From Octopus sinensis (Eukaryota), in the NCBI RefSeq assembly GCF_006345805.1, contig NC_043008.1, forward strand, positions 24,304,001 through 24,368,000: a stretch of 64,000 bases of DNA, read 5' to 3'. Below the pieces are notes generated by a model. That model saw only the letters and a program-made list of their open reading frames with translations. It did not search any database and was not told the DNA's origin. This document shows positions 1-12,929 of the stretch, piece after piece; positions within the stretch are counted from its first letter, which is position 1; every line of letters begins with the position of its first letter. The translations under genes were made by a program, and so were the position numbers.

Positions 1-1
1 T

Positions 2-460
2 AATATGGACGCCGCTCGGGCTCGAAAATTGAACCGTTAATATAAACCTCCTCGAGGAATGTCAAGACGCAGGCTGGAAAACGGAACGTTTTCCAATCCA
101 AGTCGGATGTAAAGGGTTCGTTGGACACCGTGTGAGACGACCGTTGTTATCGCTAGGCCTAACTCATCGTAAAGTCAATACCACCATGACTGATATCCAA
201 TCTACAGTGGAGAAGGCTAGCCACTGGATTTGGTTAAAAAGAGACAATGAGCGATGGCTAGAAGAATATTGAACTTAAATTCATAACCAGCTGATCCAGC
301 AAGCGGGGCCTCATATCGGGGCGCATTGATGCCGTCGAGAGGTAGGCCCCGAAACGGCGCGCATTCTCTCCTGATGACCCAATACACTTGCTGGCTTCCG
401 GTATACGGAGCTTTTGACTGGTAGCACTTGCATGTGCAAGTTGTTTTCAAGACATCGACA
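2..460 (+). mobile_element. 3' end of a Hero/R2-like RLE non-LTR retrotransposon (endonuclease C-terminus plus 3' UTR), cut by the window edge
   Basis: Frame 3, 45-272, reads NLLEECQDAGWKTERFPIQVGCKGFVGHRVRRPLLSLGL...VEKASHWIWLKRDNERWLEEY*, matching the (E/Q)VGCxGF...AExASxWxWLKR RLE C-terminus; frameshift near nt 40. Confidence 0.8.
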
Positions 461-1990
461 TATGAGGTTTTGTATTAGTCAATAAAAGTTATAAAATATT
501 TTTTATTTACTTAAAGTTAGGTTATATTTAGATGTTTATTATATTACTAAATATTTAATGGTTTTAATGAATATAGATTATATGAAGGTTTTAATTTTGA
601 ATGTATAGGACAATAATCTTTTCTTTATGTAATGTTTTTTAAAATGATAATTTATTCAATTATAGAACGATGTATTTGATCTATAGATAAATTAATTTAC
701 CTATATAAGTAGTTTAATTTATTATTTTGAGTATTAATATGATATGATATATAATATAAATATATATTTATCTTATACTAGAGTTAAGTTTATATTTTGT
801 TATAGTTTTGTTATAAATTTGTTAAATTAATCAATTTATATGTATTTTCTATATATTTGAAGTAGATTTATTTAGATGTTTATTTAATTAATATTATTTA
901 ATGAACGTTATTAGAATATAGTTTTTTATATTAATTTTGTTCATATTAAAGATAATGCTTGAATTACTACTGAATTAATTTTGAATGTGTCTAATGGTTA
1001 TTTTTTAATTTTTTATTTATATTAATTTGTCTACTACGTAATTTTTTTATATAAATTAATTAAATCTTATATGATTTTTAGAGTATACACAGTAATTGGT
1101 AGTTATATTAATTATTTAATATTGAGTATTAAGTATAATTTATTGTAGTTATTTTAATAATAAATCTTATAGTATATAGTGGTTTTATTCTATAATCGTG
1201 ACTTCATTCTATTTACATTTATTGATAAATATAGCTGTTTCCATTGACAATATTTATTCACAATTTTCATTGATAAAATATATTCGTAGTTTTTCATTGT
1301 TAAAAGAATTCTTCATCTATTTATTCTATTTCTGTTAATAACGTAATTCCACGAGTATTCTTATAAACGCTTAAAATACGTTTTCCGTTTTAAAAGTTTA
1401 CTTCATCATACAGCCTTGGAAAGCTAAGTAATCTATTTCTATTTAAGATTTTAAAATTTAAAAGTTTTAAAATATTTTAATAAGTCTTATTGTATTTGAT
1501 TGTTATGTAATGATTTAGTTGTTGAAATTATGTATATAATTATGAGATTTTAACTCTACATTATTTGTAAGATATTACTTAGCCAAAGATATATATATAG
1601 ATCGTTAATAGTTATACGATTTTTTAAAAGTTAGGTTTCTGGTTTATAGTTTGATTTTAATCTTTAATTTTTTAATGTATCTCATAATTATATTATATTA
1701 ATATTTAATATTCATGTAATTAGTATTGGATTAATTAATTAATTTATTTTTCTTTATATGTCTATACATTTATTGATAGCGTAAATTTTAGTTTTTAATC
1801 ACTATATTTGTTGATAGTAATTTAGTCATTATTTTTAAATATTTTATAATTATTACATGTGTACTTAAATCTAAAATATGAATAATGACTATTTAGTTAA
1901 ATAATTTGGTAATTCAATGTTTGGACTATAACTGAGTTAAGGATATTTGGGAGTTTATTATGTTTTTTTAAGCCATATTATATATACATA
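460..1990. mobile_element. Extremely AT-rich decayed repeat, probably a PLE ORF remnant; partly duplicated at about 3110-3590
   Basis: Shares collinear blocks with 3110-3590 (e.g. tcattgataaaatatattcgtagttttcattgtta, gagtttattat..ttttaagccatattatat); that copy runs into a PLE pseudo-LTR; no intact motif readable. Confidence 0.35.
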
Positions 1991-2002
1991 TATATTCATA
2001 AA

Positions 2003-3108
2003 CTAGCTGTATCACCCGATGTTGTTTGGGTTTGTTTCGATCCTTTAGAATTGGAATTTTTGAAAAGTAAAATTTTTGCATCATGCAACTTGTTATTCTC
2101 TTCAAGTGAACATTTTTCCAGTTGAAATACACCGAAAAATGGTGACACAGCAGTCAAAAATCGTAAAAAATAGGGATTTTCATAGAAAAAAGCACCTTTT
2201 TGATGTAAATAATTTTTGGTCTTAACATGGTCCGATTCAAACTTTATCTTCTACAGAATGAAGAACAAGCCTTCTTCTATCATACACTCAATTTCGGTCA
2301 ACTTGCGCTGCAGGGTCTCGAAGGAGATAGTGTTAGTTGAAGGCTACCAAACCTGCCACACACAGACCCCTTCAGCTTTATATATATAGATTTGCTACAC
2401 ACTACTTTCCATCCTTAATAATGAAACATGGTAGATCCAAAAGTTAAACACACAGACACACACTCAGATACACACACAGACACACAAGTTGAGTTTTATA
2501 TATATAGATTTCTCAACAGGGATTTCAGGGGAGAGTTACAGGAAGTCGCTGGCGATGTATCGCGATGATCAAAATTCCGACCTGCTAAAATTTGGTTAAA
2601 GTGATTCAAACTGCAGACTCAACGCAAAATGGTCACATTTAATTCAAAGCGTTAAAAATGTTATGAAAACAATTGGTATGTGTTCACAAAGTCCAAACGA
2701 TTAATACGAAAAAACCCTCCAGGCTACATCCCGAAAATTCATTTCTTTGCCGAATTTCTACAATGTTTACGGCGATTCGTTTTTATATCTTGATTTTTTA
2801 TTTTTCATGCAATTTACGCATGCTTGCACGCGTGGTGAATACAGTTCACGTCAAACAGCTGACTGAGTAAAGTTCACTATTCAATGCATGGGATAAGGCC
2901 TAAACAAACACATTATCGATTTTTGCACTTGCAAGATGAATTTCGGAACAGAAATAGCGCAGTTCAATTTTCATTCGCCTAAACCTTAAGTGACCCATTT
3001 TTGGTGGTTCTACGATTTGTTGGCTAGGAGATGTACCGGGAAGTTAAACACACAGACTCACACACAAATACACACACAGACACACAAGTTGAGTTTTATA
3101 TATATAGA
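2003..3108 (-). mobile_element. Composite non-autonomous Helitron: one 3' CTAG end and three stacked 5' TC ends
   Basis: Minus strand ends ...cccaaacaacatcgggtgatacagCTAG|t at 2003; the 5' motif a|TCtatatatata(t)aaa recurs at 2390, 2508 and 3108; inserted at an A|T site. Confidence 0.75.
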
Positions 3109-3759
3109 TATCTCTAATAGTTGACTTTGTTCTATTATAGCTTAAATATAAACTATTTTCAATTGATAATTTGTAGTAGTATTTATCATTGATAAAATAT
3201 ATTCGTAGTTTTCATTGTTAATGAATTTTCCATTTGTTTATATATTTTAATAATTTATGTTATATGGTATTTATTGGATACTATATAACTACGGATTAAT
3301 AATTTGATTGTATAAGTATTTAGTTGTTGAAGATATGTATTTCATTATTTATTATTAGATTATAACTATACGGTTTTTATAAGTTATTAATTAGCCAACG
3401 AGATATATTTATCGTTAAATAATCATAGGTTTTTTTAAGATAGGTTATACGTTTATAATTTGCTTTTTCATCTTTAATTTTTTAATTTTTTAATATATTT
3501 CGTAAGTAATAATGGAATAGATATTGACTATAACTGAGATTAGGTTATTCGTGAGTTTATTATATTTTTTAAAGCCATATTATATCTGAATGGATAAACA
3601 CGTTTTCTATCTATTTTTACATTATAACTGGATTGTTTGACATAATCCTAATTGTTAAAGTTTCTAGTTTGATAATAGAGTTTTTTTTACAAGAAAATTA
3701 TTATTTTATTTATTTCTTTTAAAAAATATCGTTTAAATATATTTGCTTATTTATTTAAC

Positions 3760-4260
3760 TATTATCATTAACCTGAAGATTAACTATGACTATAATTCGA
3801 ATTTTTAATTGAATTTAAATTATTGTAATTCGAATTAGGTTATGGCCATGAAACGTACGTAGTGGTTTTACTTATTATATTATATTAAACTTTTTATACT
3901 TTTTGATAGTTAAAAAACATTGAAAATTTCAAATTTATATAAGTTAAATTTTAAATTTTATATATTTTGTATATTATATTAATTATTTTTATTTTTATGT
4001 TTTGGTTTATGTTTTTCACTGTTTTATTTGCCTAATAGTGGTTTTTATCTCTAATTTAATTTATATATATATATATATATATATTTGTAATTATGTACTC
4101 TCTCTGTACTGATGAGGCAGAGTATATTTTTATACAGAGCCAGAAATCCGCGTCTGGGATTATCCAATAATTTTTGGCTAGTTTATTTGTCTATTTATCT
4201 TTTCTTATGGTGTTGTGTGAATATATGAAGTGTTCTTAGAGTCAAGTTTTGACTGTTATC
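3760..4260 (+). mobile_element. PLE pseudo-LTR region with hammerhead-like motifs
   Basis: CTGAAGA(3773)...GAAACGTACGTA(3850) and CTGATGA(4109)GGC...GCCaGAAA(4143); 3' part homologous to 37180-37360 (aatagtggttttt.tctctaattt). Confidence 0.6.
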
Positions 4261-4382
4261 TCTAGCATGGTGGTATCTTTTAGATACTCTTATAATTTTA
4301 ATAATAATTATATATAAATACACACACAGAGGTTGCGATGGGTAAATTGTCGCCTTTTATGCTTATAATCTGCATCAAGTGC

Positions 4383-4640
4383 CTTGATCATTCTGTGTAG
4401 GGCACAGTTGAGCGAAAAACCAACACAACTCCTTGAGACAACAAAATGAACTTAAAGCAATGATTATAGCAGCATTCAACAACTTAAGCAAGGACACCGT
4501 CCAGAAGAGCTTCAGGAGATTCTGAAGTCGTCTAGAAGTTGTGGTCGAAGCTTATGACGATTTTATTGAATTAATTTATTCTTAAGTATTTCAAGATATA
4601 ACTGTTATAATGAGATGTGAGTGTTATTTTCATTTTTTGC
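4383..4640 (+). pseudogene. Tc1/mariner-superfamily transposase C-terminal fragment (maT/DD37D-like)
   Basis: Reads DHSV*GTVERKTNTTP..NELKAMIIAAFNNLSKDTVQKSFRRF*SRLEVVVEAYDDFIE, matching the FRxRLEAVxEAxGxxIE C-terminus. Confidence 0.7.
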
Positions 4641-6502
4641 GTAATTTAGATGACAGTTTATTCATCGCACACTATATATACTAATGTTTCAACGAGAAGT
4701 TTGGTTTCATTTGAAATACGTTGGTTAAATTATTACATGAACTGTACATCATAATGCAGTATTGCGTGAAGTTAAACTATTCATTCAATATATACAGAAG
4801 ATATAATGGAACTTTTAAACCTGATGTTGAAGTTTATATATTCTTGATTTCGTCCTCTACAAAGAATTATCGTTTAGTGATTTCTGCGGCTTGTTTCAAT
4901 GCTGGAAAGAATCGCAAAATGTTGTATACTTCATGAACTACAAATATTTAAGCATATTAAAAATATTCTAGTCCAAGTTGCAGGGGATTAAATGTCAGAA
5001 TCACTGCCTATTCTCTTTGTTAAGCTCCAATCCAGCAGATTAAACTTGATTTGTTGTTGGTGAAAAGTTTCCAACCACGGCTATCAGATTATCAAATGTC
5101 GAAGTGTTTTCCGTTCGATTATATGTATTTAACATGCAAGGCTAATCATTTAACGGTAAACGGATTATAATGAATACTTAAATTTAGCAGGAAAAAAATT
5201 AACTTTTTTGGACATCTATAGAAAAACGTAATATTTTCAAGAAGTAAGCATTAAGGGCTCACGGGATGGGAGTGGCAAAATAATCTCTTTACGAGTCCAG
5301 TTTGAAATGGGTTCACTCTTATGTTCAAGTTAATTCACTTCATTGTTAATAGCATTAACAAAAGTATGAGAATCATGTAATGCAATCATTCTGACATATT
5401 TATGAAATTGTATCCATGTAAAAATCTAATTTCACGCGGTAACTGTGATTACGTCATTCTTTTGCTAAACAGGATATTAGAAAAGGGATATATATAAACT
5501 TTGCAGACTCTCCCATATTAGACATTGGCGATAGCTCCCTAACGGCTGAAGCCACTATCGAACCGACAGAAGATTAGGCGAAAAATTAAGTATGGGTTTC
5601 TGTTTTTGGAGTGAATATTATCAGTCACCCGGACGTTGTGTTTTCAATGAGCGTGTATCTGCAACTTCGATTCAGATGCATGATGAATATGGATCGCACT
5701 ATTGTTAAGTAAGGAAAGAATAGGATTAAATATTGACAAACTGAGAGTAACTTTGTTACCTATATTTTCAAAGTGCTCTTGCTAAAATAAACATCATGTA
5801 TACACTGTGAAGATTTCTATTTGCAGTGAAAATGTGGGTGGAAATAGTATGATGTACTGCAGTACAGAAGATATATTTGAAGAGTATTTCTTGATATTTT
5901 CATTGCATATATCCAGGTTCTATTATCAAAGGAAGATGTTTTGAAGTGCATGTCGGTGTGAGGTAAATTTTAAGAAGAAATATTGGAAGAAATATTGTGT
6001 ATAGAATTTTAGGAAGGAATATTTAATCAGCATAGTGTGGTAAAATGTCATATCAAAAATTGGCAATAAAGGAAAGAAATAAAGTCTAAAATACATAACC
6101 AGACCTTGGAGTACATTAAAATTAATAGAATAAGTGTAAGCGAGACCTCCGCTAGTGTGCACTGAGAAATATCTCTCCCGACTTTCTCGTGGGTCACTAC
6201 TGCAATATATATTGGTTTTAACACAGCATATTTATGAAGCAAATTTTCTCTCGGACAAAAGCCATTTCATTTTACTTGTATTTTTTACATTTTACCCTAT
6301 CTAATTACACATACGCACACGCGCTCGCGCACACACACACGCCCACACACTCACGCACACACACACACACACACACACATACACACAAAACCGCACACAC
6401 ATATTATAATCACTGCATCTGGTATCTTTTATCTTTTATACTCTCATCGCTTCGGTGCCTTCTTTTCAGTTTCATTACACTATAATGATAATATTGGGTT
6501 CA

Positions 6503-6585
6503 GATTTTGGCACAAGGCCAATAATTTCAGGGAGGGGAAAATCGATTACGTAGACCCCAGTAATCAGCTAGTACTTCTTTTAGAC
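6503..6585 (-). mobile_element. tRNA-SINE family A, 3' fragment
   Basis: ggcacaaggcc..aatttcagggagggg..tcgattac.tagaccccagt, the reverse of the family A tail seen at 22790-22845. Confidence 0.6.
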
Positions 6586-7365
6586 GGACAAAACATCGCT
6601 AAGAATATCTGCAGTACTGTTTCTGCCAGCTTGAGGGCGTGTGGTGATAATATTAAATACCTATGAACTCCCCAAAACTATCCCATCATATACTACATAT
6701 ACATAAAGAAGTGACCTTAAAACCATTAGCATTTTACCACATGGAGTTTGTTTGTAGTGGAGACAACTGATTGGTTGTTTACCATTTTTAGTTCGCTAGA
6801 GCTTGTTCGACAATGAGGTAAGTGATTAGTGTTCCATCGATTCCTACTTCCACTCCCCCTTCGACTGTTGAAAAGTACGGAAATTTCCCGGTATCTCTTG
6901 GCAAATACATTAAAACACTGGTCTTGTAAGCGAGAAACTGAAAAGTACCCGTAAAGAAGGAAGATTGAAAATCTCTGCAGGACATTAAAGTTAAGTAATA
7001 TGCGTTCGGCGATGCTTTTGAAACATGTGCACTACGTAATTACCTATTCTATTCCCTTCACCCGCGGATTTATTAGCGCATAACCAGCAGCTTTGTTGCC
7101 ATATACTGGTGCTCTTTAGAGGCGGTCATCTTATCGTAATATCGGTATATGGGCCAAAAGTGCATTGGTTGTATTGATTAATTATTGGTTGTATTGATTA
7201 ATAAATTTTATTGATCGATTATCGCCTGCTTTGTGTTATCTAAAAAAGTCTTGTCTATACTTGAGGCTAACCAGCTCTCTGTACCACCACCATTTTAAAT
7301 TTTGCTATTATTACACACGCACACATGCACACACACATACACACACGCGCGCATACAAGTATATT

Positions 7366-7433
7366 GAGTGGCTGTGTGGTATGAAGCTTGCTTCGCAACC
7401 ATTTAGTCTTGGGTCCAGCCCCACTGCGCGGCC
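7366..7433 (+). mobile_element. tRNA-SINE family B head
   Basis: gagtggctgtgtggtatgaagcttgcttcgcaaccat...gggtccagccccactgcg, A-box and degenerate B-box; similar heads at 47520 and 55723. Confidence 0.6.
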
Positions 7434-9349
7434 CTTTAGCCCAGCGCTTTCTACTAGAGTGAATTCTGAATTTGTAGCATAAAATGTCATAACTTTGTAT
7501 GTAGTATGAAATGGAGCCTGTTTTACGAAATGTGCGACTTCTTTCCTCAATTAAAATCATTATGTGTGTGTGTGTGTAATGGGCTAGAGATAAATGGAAA
7601 AGATTTAATCACTAGACCAAACAAAACAGGGACATGAATGAAGACAATTTGTCTAATAATAAAATATTTGCATCTTTAGGTAATAGGGTCGAGATATCAT
7701 TAGCAGTAGTGTTACCATGACATGAAAAGTTAATTTCTTCCGGATTGTCTAGTAAATACTTTTTATGCTGTAGAAATATACTACTCACTCTTTGAACATG
7801 TGATAATTCGTTTTAAATCATAATCGTGTGGAGGTTGACAAAAACATTGTTAGCAATTATATACATAACAATGATTCTAGGTTTCTGCTCTAAAATTGCG
7901 TGCAAGTTGCTTTCGTCGTGCTTGCCAATATAATTTCGTATCTAACATAAAATACCATTCAATATTTACCCTTGATCAAACAATTAACATCAACTGTAGT
8001 TTTCTTGTACGTCAGTACATGATACATAGCGGAACACGTGCATGTAAAACTGTTTGTAGGTATTCGCGTAGAAGTTTTGTAGTAATTTGCGAATCACGAA
8101 TAAGAGAAATGTTAAATAGGTTCTAGATAAAGAAAATGATACAAGCAAAAGAAGAAAAATAAAATCGAAAATAAGAAAGAAATAAGGTAAAGTGTACCAC
8201 TAAATACGGCCGCATCAAGACTTTCTGATTTCTTGTTATAGAAGTTTCGTGCAGAATATAATGTGAATTAAAATAACTACTTATAAATCAAAATTGCTAA
8301 CAATCAGTATGTATAGTTTATAGAGAACTGAAAATGATTGCAATATAAACAGTTCTAAATTTGATTCACGTTGCACAAATGTTCTATTTGCGTGAAAAAA
8401 GATATTGTATCAATGATTATACGGTTACTACCGGTAATATAAAATGGGTGTGTCTATGTGTGTGTGTGTGGGTGTATTCATAATGTATTTATATTTTGTT
8501 TTGTATACAAGCGGCAAAATCTTTTTAATATCAACAATCGATTATTACGAAAAGTCAACTAACTGATGCTATTTGTTCTAGTTGTATTTGTTTCTATTCG
8601 TGTTTGTTTCAAGAAAACATCCAGCTTGTTACCCCAAAATCCAAACATCCTTCCCCACCGCGTACTGTCCAATCTCACGAATGTTAACAGAAAGAAAAAA
8701 AAAACGTATAAGCCTTGATCGACATGATTTACGAAATGAAATAAAGAAAATACTATATTTACTTGTTCATTTCAAGTAAGCAGTACCAATCAATAAACGA
8801 TTTGTGAGGCTTAAGCAGTTTACAGTGACATGATAATATAGACAAAGCTGGTTATGAACAGCGCCATGACTTCCTTGTTGTTATAAGTGACAATGTAATA
8901 CAGGCTCCAGACAGTAACAATAATGATGAGTACGCGAGACGAAAAAGGACAGAGCTCATCTTTTCAGAGCTAGGTCTATAACAAAAGTGGGGTGGGAGGA
9001 TCCCTTTAGCCTTCACAGGCAGTACCCAATGCATAGTGCCTCGATAAAAATACCAGTTGTGACAACCTAACACTACATCTTGAAGTATGTAGAACGAAAG
9101 ATAGATGTAATTCAAAATATTTCTTCACTTTCAATATTAAATAAATTGTTGCGTTAAAGTCTACAACTAAAATCTTACAAATATTCCTAAAACTGACACC
9201 ACATCTTAGGCATAAATTATGAAGATAGAATACACAAGGAGCATTACACATTAACGAGATTTCCAATGTAACGAAACAACTCCCTTTATTTATGATAATA
9301 CATCCACTTTATTTATTATATTTTGAATGCAAATGTGTAAATGTATTGC

Positions 9350-9350
<1 letters not shown>

Positions 9351-9433
<83 letters not shown>

Positions 9434-9448
9434 GTCTGTCTGTCTTGC

Positions 9449-9485
<37 letters not shown>

Positions 9486-9500
9486 TGTATGTTTGTCTGT
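9351..9500 (+). repeat. (TATC)n/(TGTC)n compound microsatellite
   Basis: Direct reading. Confidence 0.95.
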
Positions 9501-9563
9501 CTACCACTATATTAGCGTCTCAGAGAGACAGACAGAGATCAATCAAAAGAATTTTGATACAGA

Positions 9564-9780
9564 TTGGTGTCATCACATCAGAGAATGTGCACCGTTTTGG
9601 GGCCTATCTCTGGATGGCATTATTGCACTCCGACTCCTACTGACTGAGATGAAGTCCCACTTGCTAGACCAACTGGTTACTAGACTTCATTCAATATCCT
9701 TCTAGCTATCCCTCATCGTCTCTTTTATGGCCAAATTCAGTAACTTGCTTTCTCCGCCGTAGCCTGAATATCACCCATGA
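9564..9780 (-). mobile_element. Second, more diverged Hero-type LINE 3' end
   Basis: Reverse complement aligns with about 185-380; encodes MGDIQATAEKASY*IW..KRDDEG*LEGY*. Confidence 0.75.
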
Positions 9781-9784
9781 CATC

Positions 9785-9821
<37 letters not shown>

Positions 9822-11284
9822 ATATATATATAACTCAGAAACACTTCACTTGTTCTCGATCTTCCATTAATACAGTTCCCTTCACCTATGCTTTCATAGT
9901 CATCGTCCCCATAGTGCTACAAAAGAATATTTCCTACATCCACTGCCTCATACGTTTCACTATCCTCATATACTGCGCCTGCCTCTCTCTTCCCCATCCA
10001 CTTCTGCAATCTTTCAAATAGTATGAAATCTCTCATCAACTCAGTTTTCCTCCTTTTTAATGTATTCTCAATACTATTTTGTTGTTCCATATTTTCGGAC
10101 ATCCCCTACTTCCTCATTCACTCCTGGCCTACTTTGTACTTCATTTATCACCACTATTTCCATTGCTTTTCTGCTCCACACCATCTCTCACACCTTTTCT
10201 TCTAATATTTGACTTGTCGTATAGCTTCTCCACAAAGAGAAACTTATACTCTGGCCCTTTTATTTCCTAATTTATTCCTCTCGATTTCTCATCTCTTCGC
10301 ATAAAGTTCCCTCTTCCGCTGAGGGTTAGGGTTAGGGTTAGTGATCTATTCTGTGTCTGAAACTTGTTATTTTACTTAGATTGATGATATTCAATTGGAG
10401 TTTGCCAGTTTAAGGAAGTGAATTGGCAAAAATAGTAGAATACATCAAAACATTCGGTTTGTATTTATTTCTAACAAGTCAAACTCAAATGAAAAGTGCT
10501 CGTCGTGAAACCGTACATTACCGATAAACTTGAGAGTCGCCGATTGTAAGAAATACAATCGGCAATACCTCAAGAAATATCTCAAGAAAAACAAGATAAA
10601 GTTTATAGGCTATGTTATAACTGTAATCACAACATTATTTTGCATGAAAGATTTTCTCAATAACCTACATTTAGTAACTTTTTTTTTATTAATTGAAAAA
10701 TCTTGATCCTTATATTATTATAGCATGTGGCAGATATAAACCTTTAAGTTTTATTTATTGCAATAATTGTGTTAAAGAAATCACATTATATTCAAAAGTG
10801 GGGCAAAAGTGTTTTTCAATGTGCCAGATATATGACTTCATGTATAATTTAATACTTGTTACAACATTCGACCTTTTAATGTACATATGAAAATATCGTA
10901 TCAAATATAGTTAATCTTTCTGTCTAACAGTTGGCATCAATACATGGAATCATTAGAGACTGACAACTTGTTCAAAAAGAGTCTTTGACATGACCAGCTA
11001 GCTCCGGAGGTAGAGTTGCAGCTTGCCAAAAAAAGATAAGTTAATTACTGCCAATATCGGAATCTCTAGGAATAATGCCTTGATCTGGAAGGTTACTTGA
11101 AAGAATAGATTAAAGTGAAATGAAGTGTTGGCATGCAAGTAATATCAATAGGGATTTATTGCTTTTTGTTGTTGATGTTGTTGTTGTTCTGCATCTAATA
11201 ATAATAATGATGATGGTGATGATGATAATAATAATAATAATAATAATAATGATGATAATAATGTTGATGATAATAATAATCATG

Positions 11285-11492
11285 CCTTTTATAGGCGCAA
11301 AGTTTGAAATTTTTGGGAAAGGGGCCGGTCGGTTACATCGATCCCATTGCTCAATCGGTACTGATGCTTTCAACCCGAAAGAGATAAAAGTCAATGTCGA
11401 CCTAAGCAGAACTTGAACTAGAAAGTTAAGCTCGAAGAAACGACGCTAAGCATTTTGTCCGACGTGCTTATGATACTACCAGTTCACCACCT
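11285..11492 (-). mobile_element. tRNA-SINE family A
   Basis: Reverse reads ggtgaactggtagtatcataagcacgtcggacaaaatgcttagcg...agttcaagttctgc..gtcgacattgacttttatctctttcgggttga. Confidence 0.7.
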
Positions 11493-11562
11493 TAATGATG
11501 GTAATGATGGTGATGTTGCTGATGCTGAAGATAATGATGATAACAATAATATTAATAATGCT

Positions 11563-11692
11563 TAGGAGAATCGTTAACACGCTGGACAAAATGCTTAGCG
11601 GTATTTCACCCATCGCTCCTTTCTCTATTCAAATTCTGCTGAAGTTGACTTTGCCTTTCATTCTTTCGGGGTCGATAAATTAAGTACCAAAA
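11563..11692 (+). mobile_element. tRNA-SINE family A
   Basis: gaatcgttaacacgctggacaaaatgcttagcggtatttc...ttcaaattctgctgaagttgactttgcctttcattctttcggggtcgataaattaagtacca. Confidence 0.8.
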
Positions 11693-11709
11693 GCAGACGG
11701 GGGAAGAAG

Positions 11710-12865
11710 AATGATGAAGTTAGAATTGTGCTACAATACCACCATAACAGCAATGAACAGGTACTTATCTAAGACAGAGGACTGGATGCGACGGCTTGTG
11801 TGCAAACATGATAGCAGTATAAAATCACATTCTATTGTCAAGGAAGCTTGCACTCAAGGGAACTCGGCATTAACCCTGAATGAGATGACGAACCTGAAAC
11901 CATTACCACCAAACAAGCAAAATGGATCAAGCAGACAAGCAGAGGTGCGGTGGAGCCAGAAGCCTCAGCATGGATAGTACATTCTTCGAAGTCGAAATGC
12001 TGATGTAGACCAAGCAACAATCCATCAGTGGCTGAGTTCAGGACTTAAATCAGAGACTGAAGGTTTCATTCCGGCGGCACAAGATTAAAGCTTGCTTACC
12101 AAAAACAATCAGGCTAACGTTCAGACCTTAAATGCAGATTCTGCGACACATTTGATGATTCAACAGACCATCTCGTCTCGGGATGCCCTGTTCTAGCACC
12201 AAACGAATAAAAAAATTGCTACGATAGGGTAGGACAAAATTCACATTGGAAAATATGTAAACTCCACAGAATCGGCATTCCTGCTTACTGGTATGAACAT
12301 TATCCTGAGCCAAATCATTGAAAGGAAAAATGTCACTGTCCTCTGGGATTTTCCAGTCAACACTGACATGACAATCCAGGTTAATCGTCATAATTATTAA
12401 AGACGGGGAAGAAAATACTTGTAGACTAATAAATGTAAGTGCTCCAACTGATAAAAAGGAATTTGAGAAATTAAGTAAATATAAGTACCTGGAAATTGAA
12501 ACACAAAAGATGTGGAATCTTTTAGCAAGAACTGTCCCTATTATTGTAGGTGCCCTAGGTATGATAAAAACGGGATGTCAGAAACACCTAAACAACACCC
12601 CAGGAGAACAATGTCTCAGAGAAATCCAAAAGATTGTGCTACAAGTACTGACCATATCCTTAGAAAAAAGCTTATCAGTTAAAATGACTGTTGTATTACA
12701 TGAAGATGTTTCGCTACTACACGTGACACTTCCCCTCTCCAAACTTTCAGTTATACTGTAACATCTCTTATCCTTCACTCGCCTTAGGATGCTGGGTGTG
12801 TCTCGGCTAGTGATAGTCACAAACATGCAGATTAAAAGTAAATAACAATTATAATAAGAATAATG
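11710..12865 (+). mobile_element. 5'-truncated Dong/R4-type RLE LINE, degenerate
   Basis: RWSQKPQHG, QWLSSGLKSETEGFIPAAQD, CRFC..STDHLVSGCPVL, LWDFPVNTD, EKLSKYK, VPIIVGALGMIK in shifting frames; ends in an AAT-like tail. Confidence 0.85.
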
Positions 12866-12929
12866 TTAATTTAACACAAAATGTTTTACAAAACAAAAAG
12901 GAAAATTAAAACAGTACGCTAAATCGCTT

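Noticed and set aside
6788-6985. 65-aa minus-strand ORF with protein-like composition
   Set aside because: No recognisable domain and no minus-strand donor; the splice signals here are on the plus strand.
10323-10341. (GGGTTA)3 telomere-like repeat
   Set aside because: Only three units with no associated telomeric element; plausible by chance or slippage.
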